This document shows positions 42,429-53,860 of a stretch of 64,000 bases of DNA, piece after piece (within the stretch, counting starts at the first letter, position 1; every line of letters begins with the position of its first letter). The translations under genes were made by a program, and so were the position numbers. The DNA comes from Octopus sinensis (lineage: Eukaryota), in contig NC_043002.1 in the NCBI RefSeq assembly GCF_006345805.1, positions 63,426,001 to 63,490,000 on the forward strand, written 5' to 3'. A model generated the notes under the pieces. It made no database searches, was not told the origin of the DNA, and was given only the letters and a program-made list of their open reading frames with translations.

Positions 42429-42946
42429 TTGGGTTGTCTAGAAAGTTTGTGCCAATTTATAGCAGCTTATTTCCGACTTATTTTAGAACGTGGTTGAGTC
42501 CATAAAATAGGATTTGACTACACCGCCATTTAGAGCACAGGTTAAGCTATTTTTTCGTGGAAGAAGGTTTAAGTTCCTATATCCAGTGTTAATCGTGTAA
42601 CCCTTTAATATGGAAATTAAGAAAGTTCATTTTCGGCAATTGCTGCTTTGGGAACCAGACAAAAATTGCTGCAGCTCGGCTGCGATGTGTTACCCCACCC
42701 TCCATATTCACCATAATTGCTCCTTCAGATTTTCACTTATTCAGGTCTCTCCAAAATAGTTTTAATGGTAAAAATTTCAATTCTTTGGATGATGTAAAAA
42801 TACCTTGATGAATTATTTACCATGAAACCACCTGAATTCTGGGAAGAGGGTATTTTCAAGTTAGAGGAAAGATGGTGATGCATTGTGCTACAAAATCGTT
42901 CATATTTGGTTGATTAAAAATGAAATGGCAAATATTTACTGACCTT
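42429..42946 (+). mobile_element. Same deleted mariner, right TIR lost
   Basis: TA-TTGGGTTGTCTAGAAAG left TIR; colinear with 18777-19300; joined to a SINE fragment at GACCTT. Confidence 0.9.
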
Positions 42947-43060
42947 GGTCGGCCCGAGGGTATTGTAGAAGAAAATGCCCAAGATTCCATGCAGTGAGAC
43001 TGTACCCATAACCATGTGGTTGGGAAGCAAGCATCTTACCACACAACCACACCTGCGCCT
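42942..43060 (-). mobile_element. SINE family B, 5' part
   Basis: ggtcggcccgagg...aaccatgtggttgggaagcaagcatcttaccacac...cctgcgcct. Confidence 0.82.
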
Positions 43061-43099
43061 ATATATATGCTTAGGCAAATTCTGTACATCTGCATCCCG

Positions 43100-43148
<49 letters not shown>

Positions 43149-44300
43149 CACACATACTTACACACACACACACATATATATACACATAGGTATTCATATA
43201 TATCTATAAGTGTGTGTGATTGTCTATCCATGTATGCATCTTAGTTCAAATTACTTCAACCTGAGTATTCAGTTGAACGATCACCTAAACTTCCGTGCTA
43301 GTATAATTTACGCTAAATTGAGGAATCTTCTAACCTAGCGTTTATCCTGAAAGGAATTCTCTAGCAGAATTACTGATATAGTGTGGAAATACAGAGATTT
43401 AAATTGAAGATACTGTGTGTCAAAGGAAATCCATGGCTATTCCCGGGAAGCCAAAAATATGGGTCGGCTCAAGGGTGTAGAAAATGAAGCTTGCCTAAGA
43501 CGATGTCTAGCAGAATCGAAATCGTGCTCTCAAGATTGAGAAAGTGCTTCTTATATTTTGGGACCTTTTCAGTATAAAGACCATCACTCATGCAGAAAAT
43601 TAAGCACACAACACGCCCTCAGACATGTATGAACCTATATGATATTAACCAGAACGTGCGTGATAGTTAAATTTGAAGCCGTTATTTACAACGAGAAAAA
43701 TGTTGTTTTTTTTTAATTCAGACAGACGTCAATGGAAGAAATTTGGTCAACTCACATATTTGTATGCATTAACGCATAGAAGGCGTGCATGTGTATACAC
43801 ACACGCATGTACATCCAAACATTCCATTCCAACGTCTGCACACACACTTAAATCTACAGCGGACAGCTTCTGTAGATCAAAGATCAGGAGAATTGACGCA
43901 AACGATGCTGTAAAGTGTGAATGTTGAAGAAATAGCAATTAAAATTTTAAAGTACTCTTGGAAATGTCACAGAAATTGCTAATTCGGTGGTAGACATCGC
44001 AGAACATAATTGTCACTTTTCAAATAGTAATTTTGATATTAAATATTGCTGTAATTACGTAGAAAATCTCAAATTTGGGACAGTTAGGATAAAATATGTA
44101 TTTATGTCATCGTGCTCGATTCAAGAAAGTTAAATTTCGTTATTGATTTCTGTAATTTTCGTTTTAAATGTTCTCTCCTTATTTTCGCATTTTAGTATTT
44201 ATCTGATTTTTACGTTTATGACATAAATTCAAATGCCGTGGTTTTCCATCTTATATCATTTTATGAGAATATTTCGATATTACATATACGAGTGCGTGTG

Positions 44301-44339
<39 letters not shown>

Positions 44340-44528
44340 TGTAAGTGTGCGCGTGTATGTGAGTGTGTGTAGAAACCCGTATAAAGACACACACATTTAT
44401 GTATATATGTATGTGTATATGCATAAGCATATGTGTAAAATATATATATATATATATATATATTATTTTTATAAATTAATATTTTTATAAATATTTTTAT
44501 ATAAATTAATATTTTTATAAATTATTTT

Positions 44529-44560
<32 letters not shown>

Positions 44561-45638
44561 AACATATATATACATATGCATATAAATATATTCATACACA
44601 CATGCGAACATGCATATTTATAGGCATGTAAATTTGTATCTGGGTCATTCTATATGTATCTAATTATATATATGCATTTGCAACGATATATATGCGTGAA
44701 CGTGTGTGTATGCATGTACGTAGGCGTATATGAGTGTACAGAGAGAGTGAGGATTTCAGATAGATAGATAGATAATTCAGAGAGAGAGAGAAAGAAGACG
44801 AGGATGTGAAAAGAAAGCTGAGAGAAACTTCCATATGCGAACTAATTTCTTCGTTTGATACGGACCTAAATTTATCTAATAAATGCGAAAATGTAATAAT
44901 TCCAGTAGTATAATTCACCCATAGACATTTAGTATTTGACTAATTGGCTTAATTCCACCTAACATTTGAAGAATCAGGACTTCGATCCACCGCTGAGGCC
45001 ATCAAGTGCTCTATATATTACCCCGCACTTTGTTGAATATCTATAAGTTCTGAAAATTGAAAATCCAAGTTAATCGCGTGTAATCACCCACACCAATTTA
45101 ATAGACTCAAAGTAAAATATTTAAAAGAATCAGTGGATGTTTAAATGCCAATCATATTGATCCATAATCTTTCTTGTTATAAATTTTTCAAACTAGCAGG
45201 AATAAAATAGAGAAGTTCATCCAGGTGCAGCTTAAAGGTAAATGTTCAACATTTCATGTGTATGCTTTTGTGTGTGTCGGTGTATGGATATGAGAATATG
45301 AGTGATTGTGTAGCTGCGTGCGTGTATATGTCCGCGTTTCTAACTGCCTGTACATGTAATACGTATGTGTATGTATATGTGCGTGTGTAATTGTGTGTGT
45401 TTCTGTAAGTGTGTTTATATGTATATATATATATGCATATATATACACACATATACACTCATATATAGTTAATTTACATGTAGATGCACATATGTATACG
45501 CATACATATATATACGCTTGTGTGCGCATGTGTGTGTGTATCTGTGTGTGTATATGCGGTGCTCCAGCATGGTCGAGTCATATGACGAAAAAGTAAAAGA
45601 ATTCTCTCTCTCTCTCACTCTCTCTGTATATAATATAT

Positions 45639-45699
<61 letters not shown>

Positions 45700-45730
45700 C
45701 GGAAGGTTTGGAGATGATGTACAGGTATTA

Positions 45731-46199
45731 TATATTAGAAAAATTGAGGTAATCAGATCAGATGTTCATATTTGTAGATATTTATTTATATATTACATTT
45801 TTTACATATATATCATATCATTCGGATTAGCGCTTGCTCCCATTCTAGTGGGTTTTCAAATCAAATCAGTTGTGGGTAGTTTGAACCTTTTTATAGTTTC
45901 GTAGTAGTGGGTGAGGAGGAAGTGAGACAGAGAGAAAATATGTGTGTATGTGTGTGTGTGTGTGTGTGTGTGCGTGTGTGTGTGTGTGTGCGCGCATTTA
46001 TATCTGAGAGTGAAGAAGTGTTATTTCCGTTGGTCTGCTGGACCCCCTGTGGTTTTATAAGAACTTTGGCCGTCCATTTCAATGTCACTGAGTGTGTGTT
46101 GTGCATAGGTTGGCCTGGCAAATGTCATTTGGGGTCACACTTTCTATGATCATTCTGTGGAGGTGTGTGTGTGTGTGTGTCTCTGTGTGTCTGTGGGTG

Positions 46200-46245
<46 letters not shown>

Positions 46246-46500
46246 TGTATTTTTTCTTCTCCACTTCCTCCCTTATCCTTATTTTTATTTTTATTTTTTA
46301 ATTTTTTATTTTATATTTTTTATTTATTCTTTATTTTTCTTTATTTTTTTTTATTTTTATTTTTTATTTTTTGTTTTTTTTTATTTTTATTTTATTTTTT
46401 TAAATTTTTTTTTTAATTTTTATTTTTATTATTATTATTTTTATTTTCCCTTTCTCTTTTTGTCTCTCTCCCCTTCTCCAAACACACAGACACACACACA

Positions 46501-46535
<35 letters not shown>

Positions 46536-46988
46536 CAAAAACACACAGACACACAGAGACACACACACACACACCTCCACAGAATGATCATAGAAAGTGT
46601 GACCCCAAATGACATTTGCCAGGCCAACCTATGCACAACACACACTCAGTGACATTGAAATGGCGGCCAAAGTTCTTATAAAACCACAGGGGGCCAGCAG
46701 ACCAACGGAAATAACACTTCTCACTCTCAGATATAATGCGCACACACACACAACACCACGCCCACACACACACCACACACATACACACATATTTTCTCTC
46801 TGTCTAACTTCCTCCTCACCCACTACTACGAAACTATAAAAAGGTTCAAACTACCCACAACTGATTTGATTTGAAAACCCACTAGAATGGGAGCAAGCGC
46901 TAATCCGAATGATATGATATATATGTAAAAAATGTAATATATAAATAAATATCTACAAATATGAACCATCTGATCTGATTACCTCAAT

Positions 46989-47000
<12 letters not shown>
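45731..47000. repeat. ~520-bp near-identical inverted duplication with a T-rich low-complexity spacer
   Basis: Arms 45731-46248 and 46486-47000 differ mainly by 1-nt indels; spacer 46249-46485 consists of T runs. Confidence 0.9.
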
Positions 47001-47026
<26 letters not shown>

Positions 47027-47138
47027 CACACGCATGTACATATACATATATGTATGTATATATGTATACATATATATTTCTATATATAAATATAATATAT
47101 ATATAAATGCATATATATAATATAATATATATATATAT

Positions 47139-47170
<32 letters not shown>

Positions 47171-47578
47171 GCATGTACATATACTATATATATGTACATA
47201 TATATATATATATATATATATGGCTGATATATGTATATATATGAACAGATATATACGTACATACATACATATGTGTTTGAATATATATTACGTTTATGTA
47301 TGTGTACATGTGACTACTTGGATTTTTGTGTATGTGTATGTGTCTACATATTCTGAATATTCTTTTCATTACATGGCACTCCTTGCAGCGGCTGTCGATG
47401 TGAGATCAAAACGATTCCGACACTTTCCAATATTAACGACCTTCAAAGTGTTTCTATGCAGCGCTGATGTCCGGCTTCTTTTGGCCTATTTCGCACCTCT
47501 TACTTTTCACTTAACAATGTCATTTAGCACTAATAGTACTTGTACATAATAACGCGTTCACACACACACACGCACGGA

Positions 47579-47623
<45 letters not shown>

Positions 47624-47790
47624 ACAAACACAAGTACGCAAGCATACTCCAACACTTATGCATACGCCCGTAGAGAAATGTATGTCTGCATTGTGTGAAT
47701 ACATGTATAAATATACATAAGTGTATGTTTGCACACCCGCAAAAACAAATGCACACATGCACACGTGTATGTGTATGTGTGTGGGAGTGT

Positions 47791-48148
47791 GAAGGCGAAT
47801 GGCTCGGTGGTTAGAGCGTCGTGCTCACACTCATGAGTTATTAAGTTTCGTTCCCAGACTGAGTAGTGTGTTGTGTTCTTCAGCAAGACACTTTATTTCA
47901 CATTGCTCCACTTCACCCAGCTTTAAAATGAGATCTGCAGCAAAACACTTAATTTCATGGTTTTTCAGTCCTCACAGCTATAAATGGGTAACCCTCTGAC
48001 GGAATAGCCTTCGGTTCAGGGCCTCTCTTTGACGGATTTGCCTAGCTAACAGGGTGATTTCATACTAAAAGTAAAGCAATTGAAGCGCATTGAGACCAGC
48101 GATATATAACAACATCAGATTGTCAGATCGATACCGTGATATCGTGAT
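47791..48148 (+). mobile_element. tRNA-derived SINE (family D) sharing its tail with 40382-40440
   Basis: A box tggctcggtggttagagcg; central gcaagacactttatttcacattgctcca; tail gcgcattgagaccagcgatatataacaacatc. Confidence 0.75.
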
Positions 48149-48272
48149 ATGCACACGCGCGCGCACTCACGCACTTACACCCATACACGCCAACACAAAC
48201 TCACACTCACAGAGATAACTAAAATAACTTTATATATATATGTTATATATATATATATGCCCTTAAAATTAA

Positions 48273-48306
<34 letters not shown>

Positions 48307-48844
48307 TATATAATATATAATATAATATATATATATATATAATATATTATTATATATATATATATATATTGCCCTTAAACTTGGAGTGACACACTCACCC
48401 ACTAAGTCCTCTATACACCAAGTAGGAACATAATATCGTGATTGATTTGGTCTGATGTATTCTTTGTGAGAGTGCCCGTGTTGCATAATCAGTCACCTCA
48501 TTATATTACTGCGTTTGACTCACGGGAAAGTAAGTCAATCCAAGTAATTTGAATTGATTCAGGAAGAAATTGTCTGAAGGCCCTTTGCCTGAATTCTGAT
48601 AAAAATTCAACAATTCAGCCATTTGTTACATCGATACAGCCTAGAATTATTCAAAATATCCACGTTTCTGTGATATCTAAAGCAGCTTGCGCACGAATGA
48701 AATGGGAAAGTCTTTCAGCTACTGAATCTTTAAACTGAAATGTCTAAAAGGCATACATACATGCATACATACATACATACATACATACATAATACATACA
48801 TAAATGCATACATACATACATACACCGCCTAAATACATACTGTC

Positions 48845-49640
48845 CCAGTGATGACCTCAATAAAATATAGGCACAACAGACCTGATATTATGATTTGTAA
48901 TAGGGAATAGAAACTGTGTACAATTGTGGAAATTAGCTGCCCGGCGGATTTTAACGTAATCTCTTTTACTCTTTTACTTGTTTCAGTCATTTGACTGTGG
49001 TCATACTGGAGCACCGCCTTTAGTCGACCAAATCGACCCCGGGACTTATTCTTTGTAAGCCCAGTACTTATTCTATCGGTCTCTTTTGCCGAACCGTTAA
49101 GTAACGGGGACGTAAACACACCAGCATCGGTTGTCAAGCAATGCTAAGGGGACAAACACAGACACACAAACATATACACACACACTTATATATATATACA
49201 TATATACGACAGGCTTCTTTCAGTTTCCGTCTACCAAATCCACTCACAAAGCATTGGTCGGCCCGGGGCTATAACAGAAGACACTTGCCCAAGATGCCAC
49301 GCAGTGGGACTGAACCCGGAACCATGTGGTTGGTTAGCAAGCTACTTACCACACAGCCACTCCTGCGCCTAATGCTGAAGATCAGTGAAAAAGAGAACAC
49401 CTATGTTGAGCTGTTGTGAAATCAGCAGTTATTCTCTCCAGATTACAAGTTCAGGTTTATACCAGCAATTATTGGTCTCCTGGGATATGTAACACACCGC
49501 CTAAATACCAATCGTGTGATATTGAGCTTCTCATAACAGGAGAGGAGAAAGCTAATTCGAACATTGCAGATCAAATTCATCACTGGAACTGTAAACATTT
49601 GTAAAACTTCCCAGAAGTTTATCATTTGAATATATAGGAA
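48845..49640 (+). mobile_element. RLE-type LINE endonuclease fragment interrupted by a SINE
   Basis: HNRPDIMICNRE*KLCTIVEISCPADFNV|MLKISEKENTYVELL...FIPAIIGLLGYV...GTVNICKTSQKFII*; PD-(D/E)xK-type motif. Confidence 0.8.
48961..49370 (-). mobile_element. SINE family B, full length, inserted in the RLE LINE
   Basis: A box TGGCTGTGTGG and B box GGTTCAGTCCC on the minus strand; internal (CA)/(TA) tract; short TAAT duplication. Confidence 0.93.
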
Positions 49641-49720
49641 TATGTCTACATACACAATTATATGAATGAGAATGAATATATATAAAGCAAAACAATACAA
49701 ATCTACACGATTATATATAA

Positions 49721-49840
49721 CGCATTTAGTCGAGCAAATCTTTGGAAGCCTAGAATTTATTCTATCGGTCTCTTTTGCCGAAACGCTAACTTACAGGGTC
49801 GTAAACACATCAGCATCGGTTGTCAAGCGATGTTGGGGGA

Positions 49841-49881
<41 letters not shown>

Positions 49882-50062
49882 ACTCACACACGTACATATA
49901 TACGACAATGTTCTTTCAGTTTCCGTCAACCAAATCCATTCACAAGGCTTTGGCCCAAGGTTATAGTAGAAGACACTTACTCAAGGTGCCAGGCAGTGGG
50001 ACTGAACCCGGAACCATGTGGTTGGTAAGCCAGCTACTTACCACATATCCACTCCTACGCCT
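49721..50062 (-). mobile_element. SINE family B
   Basis: Colinear with 48961-49370. Confidence 0.9.
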
Positions 50063-50829
50063 ATAATATATATATATAATATATATATATATATCGCACT
50101 CTCACATATATTAAAGTGACTTTTTTTAATGTCAACTTAAATGCTTTCATTGATATTGGCTCAAGCAGACTTGTATGTCAAGCAAATTCTCGTTAATTTA
50201 CGATACCGACACAATAGTGTATGACAATAAAATTACCAGATTGGAAATCGTTCTATATTCGTTGATGGTTGGTGTAATGAAATAAAACTTTTGAGCATGG
50301 AGTCCCGCATGTCTGTAGAAGGATACACATTGTTTTTCCCAGCGATTACTTTAAGAGAAATCAATATCACAGCATTTGCTGCTGGACAAAATGAACCTCC
50401 CTGCAAAGGGAATTATTCTCATTATTTAACATTGGCCTCGTAATTATGCAGATCAGCGAATGATTTCGAAACGAGTTAATCAACTGCGCATTTGGCAAAG
50501 ATGCATCAAAAGTGCATTCAGATAATGCATGATATCTATTCTATTGAATGAGTGGACATTTTTGATATTGTGTTCAACAAGGCGTATATTAAAGGCATTT
50601 TCTATTTATCAGCACATTTAACGATTATAGCCTGAATTTTAATATGAGTTTGCGTACGTATCTATATAAGTACACAAATTGGTATTTATGAAAATGAGAT
50701 ATGTATGAATATATACATATAATTTCAATATATATATAGCATTATACATATGTGTGTATATCTGTGTACATGTGTCTTTATCCCCACTACCATGACCGTC
50801 ACCACTACTAACCCCGTCAAAACCAACAC

Positions 50830-51010
50830 CATCAACACCATCGCTCGACAAATGATGTTGGTGTGTTTACGTCTCCGTAACTTAGCGGTTCGGGAAAAAG
50901 AGGGCAGTAGAGTAAGTACTAAGCTTACAAAATATAAGTTCTGAGATTTGGTTGAATAAAGGGGTGCTCCAGTATTGCCGCAGTCAAATGACTGAAACAA
51001 ATAAAAGAAT
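50830..51010 (+). mobile_element. SINE family B, 3' part
   Basis: gtgtgtttacgtctccgtaacttagcggttcg...gcagtcaaatgactgaaacaa. Confidence 0.82.
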
Positions 51011-51061
51011 ATGCACATATGTATATATGTTATATAAATATATATAATATATATATATATA

Positions 51062-51098
<37 letters not shown>

Positions 51099-51594
51099 TC
51101 AATATAGGGTGACAAAAATTTGTAGAATTTTTTGCCACCAGCGGCCTAGTGGGAAAAAATTAAATAGTCATATACCATTTTTAAGTTCAACATCACAATC
51201 AAGGAACGGCCATAATAGGCCATTCACCCACTAGAAATAACAGCCAAAAGCTTTAACCGCAAAATAACATCAATTCCGTAAACCAGGAGAAAATTAAAAA
51301 AAACATTTACCCTGTAATTTCTTATACGATGCACCGTTTCATCTAAAAATGGTATATGACTATTTAATTTTTTCCCACTAGGCCGCTGGTGGCAAAAAAA
51401 TTCTACAAAATTTTTTGCCACCCTATATTGATTAATTATGAATTTTCTGGTTAATTCCGTAATGGAATCGGCGGCTTATATTTATTTGCTGCCGATAAAT
51501 TTGGCGCGAGTGCGATGATTTGAAAATTTTAGGTCAGATATTGCCGAGGCAGGGACGGGAATGCCTCGTGAAAAATATCTGTTCCGACTTGGCT

Positions 51595-51701
51595 ATTTCT
51601 TACTGACGAATCTAAGGGCCTATGGTAGATTGGCTTGATTTAATTTAATCAGGTTAGTTTACCATTAAACAGTAGATGAAACGGTGCATCGTATAAGAAA
51701 T
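51595..51701 (+). ncRNA. Type I hammerhead ribozyme, monomer 1
   Basis: Stem I ATTTCTTA/TAAGAAAT (8 bp); core CTGACGA; stem II ATCTA/TAGAT with long extension; GAAA; stem III ACGG-TGCA-TCGT; predicted cleavage after GTA at 51693. Confidence 0.88.
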
Positions 51702-52080
51702 TACAGGGTAAATGTTTTTTAAATTTTCTCCTGGTTTACGGAATTGATGTTATTTTGCAGTTAAAGCTTTTGGCTGTTATTTCTAGTGGGTGAATGGCCT
51801 ATTATGGCCGTTCCTGATTGTGATGTTGAACTTAAAAATGGTATATGACTATTAATTTTTCCCACTAGGCCGCTGGTGGCAAAAAAATTCTACAAAATTT
51901 TTTGCCACCCTATATTGATTAATTATCAATTTTCTGGTTAATTCCGTAATGGATCGGCGGCTTATATTTATTTGCTGCCGATAAATTTGGCGCGAGTGCG
52001 ACGATTTGAAAATTTTAGGTCAGATATTGCCGAGGCAGGGACGGGAATGCCTCGTGAAAAATATCTGTTCCGACTTGGCT

Positions 52081-52184
52081 ATTTCTACTGACGAATCTAG
52101 GGCCTATGGTAGATGGCTTGATTTAATTTAATCAGGTTAGTTTACCATTAAACAGTAGATGAAACGGTGCATCGTATAAGAAAT
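52081..52184 (+). ncRNA. Type I hammerhead ribozyme, monomer 2 (single-base deletions in stems I and II)
   Basis: ATTTCTA-CTGACGA-ATCTA...TAGAT-GAAACGGTGCATCGTA-TAAGAAAT; predicted cleavage after 52176. Confidence 0.78.
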
Positions 52185-52558
52185 TACAGGTAAATGTTTT
52201 TTAAATTTTCTCCTGGTTTACGGAATTGATGTTATTGCGGTTTAAGCTTTTGGTTGTTATTTCTAGTGGGTGAATGGCCTATTATGGCCGTTCCTTGATT
52301 GTGATGTTGAACTTAAAAATGGATATGACTATTTAATTTTTTCCCACTAGGACGCTGGTGGCAAAAACATTCTAAAAATTTTTTGCCACCCTATATTGAT
52401 TAATTATGAATTTTTGGTTAATTCCGTAATGAATCGGCGGCTTAGATTTATTTGCTGCCGATAAATTTGGCGCGAGTGCGATGATTGAAAATTTTAGGTC
52501 AGTATTGCCGAGGCAGGGACGGGAATGCCTCGTGAAAAATATCTGTTCCGACTTGGCT

Positions 52559-52665
52559 ATTTCTTACTGACGAATCTAAGGGCCTATGGTAGATTGGCTT
52601 GATTTAATTTAATCAGGTTAGTTTACCATTAAACAATAGATGAAACGGTGCATCGTATAAGAAAT
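52559..52665 (+). ncRNA. Type I hammerhead ribozyme, monomer 3
   Basis: Same intact core and stems as monomer 1; predicted cleavage after 52657. Confidence 0.88.
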
Positions 52666-53045
52666 TACAGGGTAAATGTTTTTTAAATTTTCTCCTGGTT
52701 TACGGAATTGATGTTATTTTGCGGTTAAAGCTTTTGGTTGTTATTTCTAGGGTGTGAATGGCCTATTATGGCCGTTCCTTGATTGTGATGTGAACTTAAA
52801 AATGGTATATGACTATTTAATTTTTTCCCACTAGGCCGCTGGTGGCAAAAACATTCTACAAAATTTTTTGCCACCCTATCTTGATTAATTATGAATTTTT
52901 GGTTAATTCCGTAATGGAATCGGCGGCTATATTTATTTGCTGCCGATAAATTTGGCGCGAGTGCGATGATTTGAAAATTTTAGGTCAGATATTGCCGAGG
53001 CAGGGACGGGAATGCCTCGTGAAAAATATCTGTTCGGACTTGGCT

Positions 53046-53150
53046 ATTTCTTACTGACGAATCTAAGGGCCTATGGTAGATTGGCTTGATTTAATTTAAT
53101 CGTTAGTTTACCATTAAACAATAGATGAAACGGTGCATCGTATAAGAAAT
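53046..53150 (+). ncRNA. Type I hammerhead ribozyme, monomer 4
   Basis: Intact core, stem I and stem III; 2-nt deletion in the distal stem II extension; predicted cleavage after 53142. Confidence 0.82.
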
Positions 53151-53284
53151 TACAGGGTAAAGTTTTTTTAAATTTCCTCTGGTTTACGGAATTGATGTTA
53201 TTTGGAGGTTAAAGCTTTTGGCTGTTATTTCTAGTGGGTGAATGGCCTATTATGGCCGTTCCTTGATTGTGATATATTATTATA

Positions 53285-53340
<56 letters not shown>

Positions 53341-53371
53341 CATTATATATACATATATATATATATATATA

Positions 53372-53753
53372 TCTATATATAAACGGCAGTTTGTCTGTGC
53401 GTTTTCTGTGTGTCTGTTTTCTCGTACCCTCACTCTGACCACGGCTTTCAACCGATTCTGATGAAACTTGACACACACATAGCCCAATGTCATACTTCAA
53501 AACTAACGCAGCGAAAATTTTGAAAAGTTCCCCCAGTTCTGAAAAAAATCGATAAATTCGACAGGGGTCGAGAATCAGAAACCCAAACCAAACAGAACGT
53601 CTAGGGGACGCAACTCCACCTTTTTAACTCTCAAAAACAAATTTACCATCATTTTTTTTCCATTTTTTTGCTATTTTTTGGCTATAACTCTCTAAAAATG
53701 CTTTATAGTTATTTCCCTTACAAACCTGAGCAAAGCCGGGCGCGATACTGCTA

Positions 53754-53754
<1 letters not shown>
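53372..53754 (+). mobile_element. Non-autonomous Helitron-like element
   Basis: 5' TC preceded by A; 3' CTAG followed by T; subterminal GC-rich segment CCTGAGCAAAGCCGGGC; internal GTCTGT microsatellite. Confidence 0.75.
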
Positions 53755-53798
<44 letters not shown>

Positions 53799-53860
53799 AT
53801 TATATACATTGCATAACATATTTTTATATATATCTATATATATATACATATATTCAATTA

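Larger units (their letters stand above)
51091..53273 (+). mobile_element. Tandem array of four ~483-bp hammerhead-containing monomers (non-LTR retrozyme-like) preceded by a 255-bp inverted partial copy
   Basis: Sense array ~51345-53273. CTGACGA cores start at 51603, 52088, 52567 and 53054 (spacing 485/479/487). Segment 51091-51345 is the reverse complement of part of the monomer. No ORF; (TA)n on both flanks. Confidence 0.9.

Noticed and set aside
51500-51592. Pol III A/B boxes inside the monomer (TGGCGCGAGTG, GTTCCGAC)
   Set aside because: Both deviate from consensus; too weak to call a promoter.
51345-53273. CRISPR array or plain satellite reading of the tandem repeat
   Set aside because: No repeat-spacer alternation, eukaryotic context, and each unit has a full ribozyme core with structured helices.
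53458-53467. CTGATGAAAC as a hammerhead
   Set aside because: No stem II between CTGATGA and GAAA; part of the Helitron-like element.
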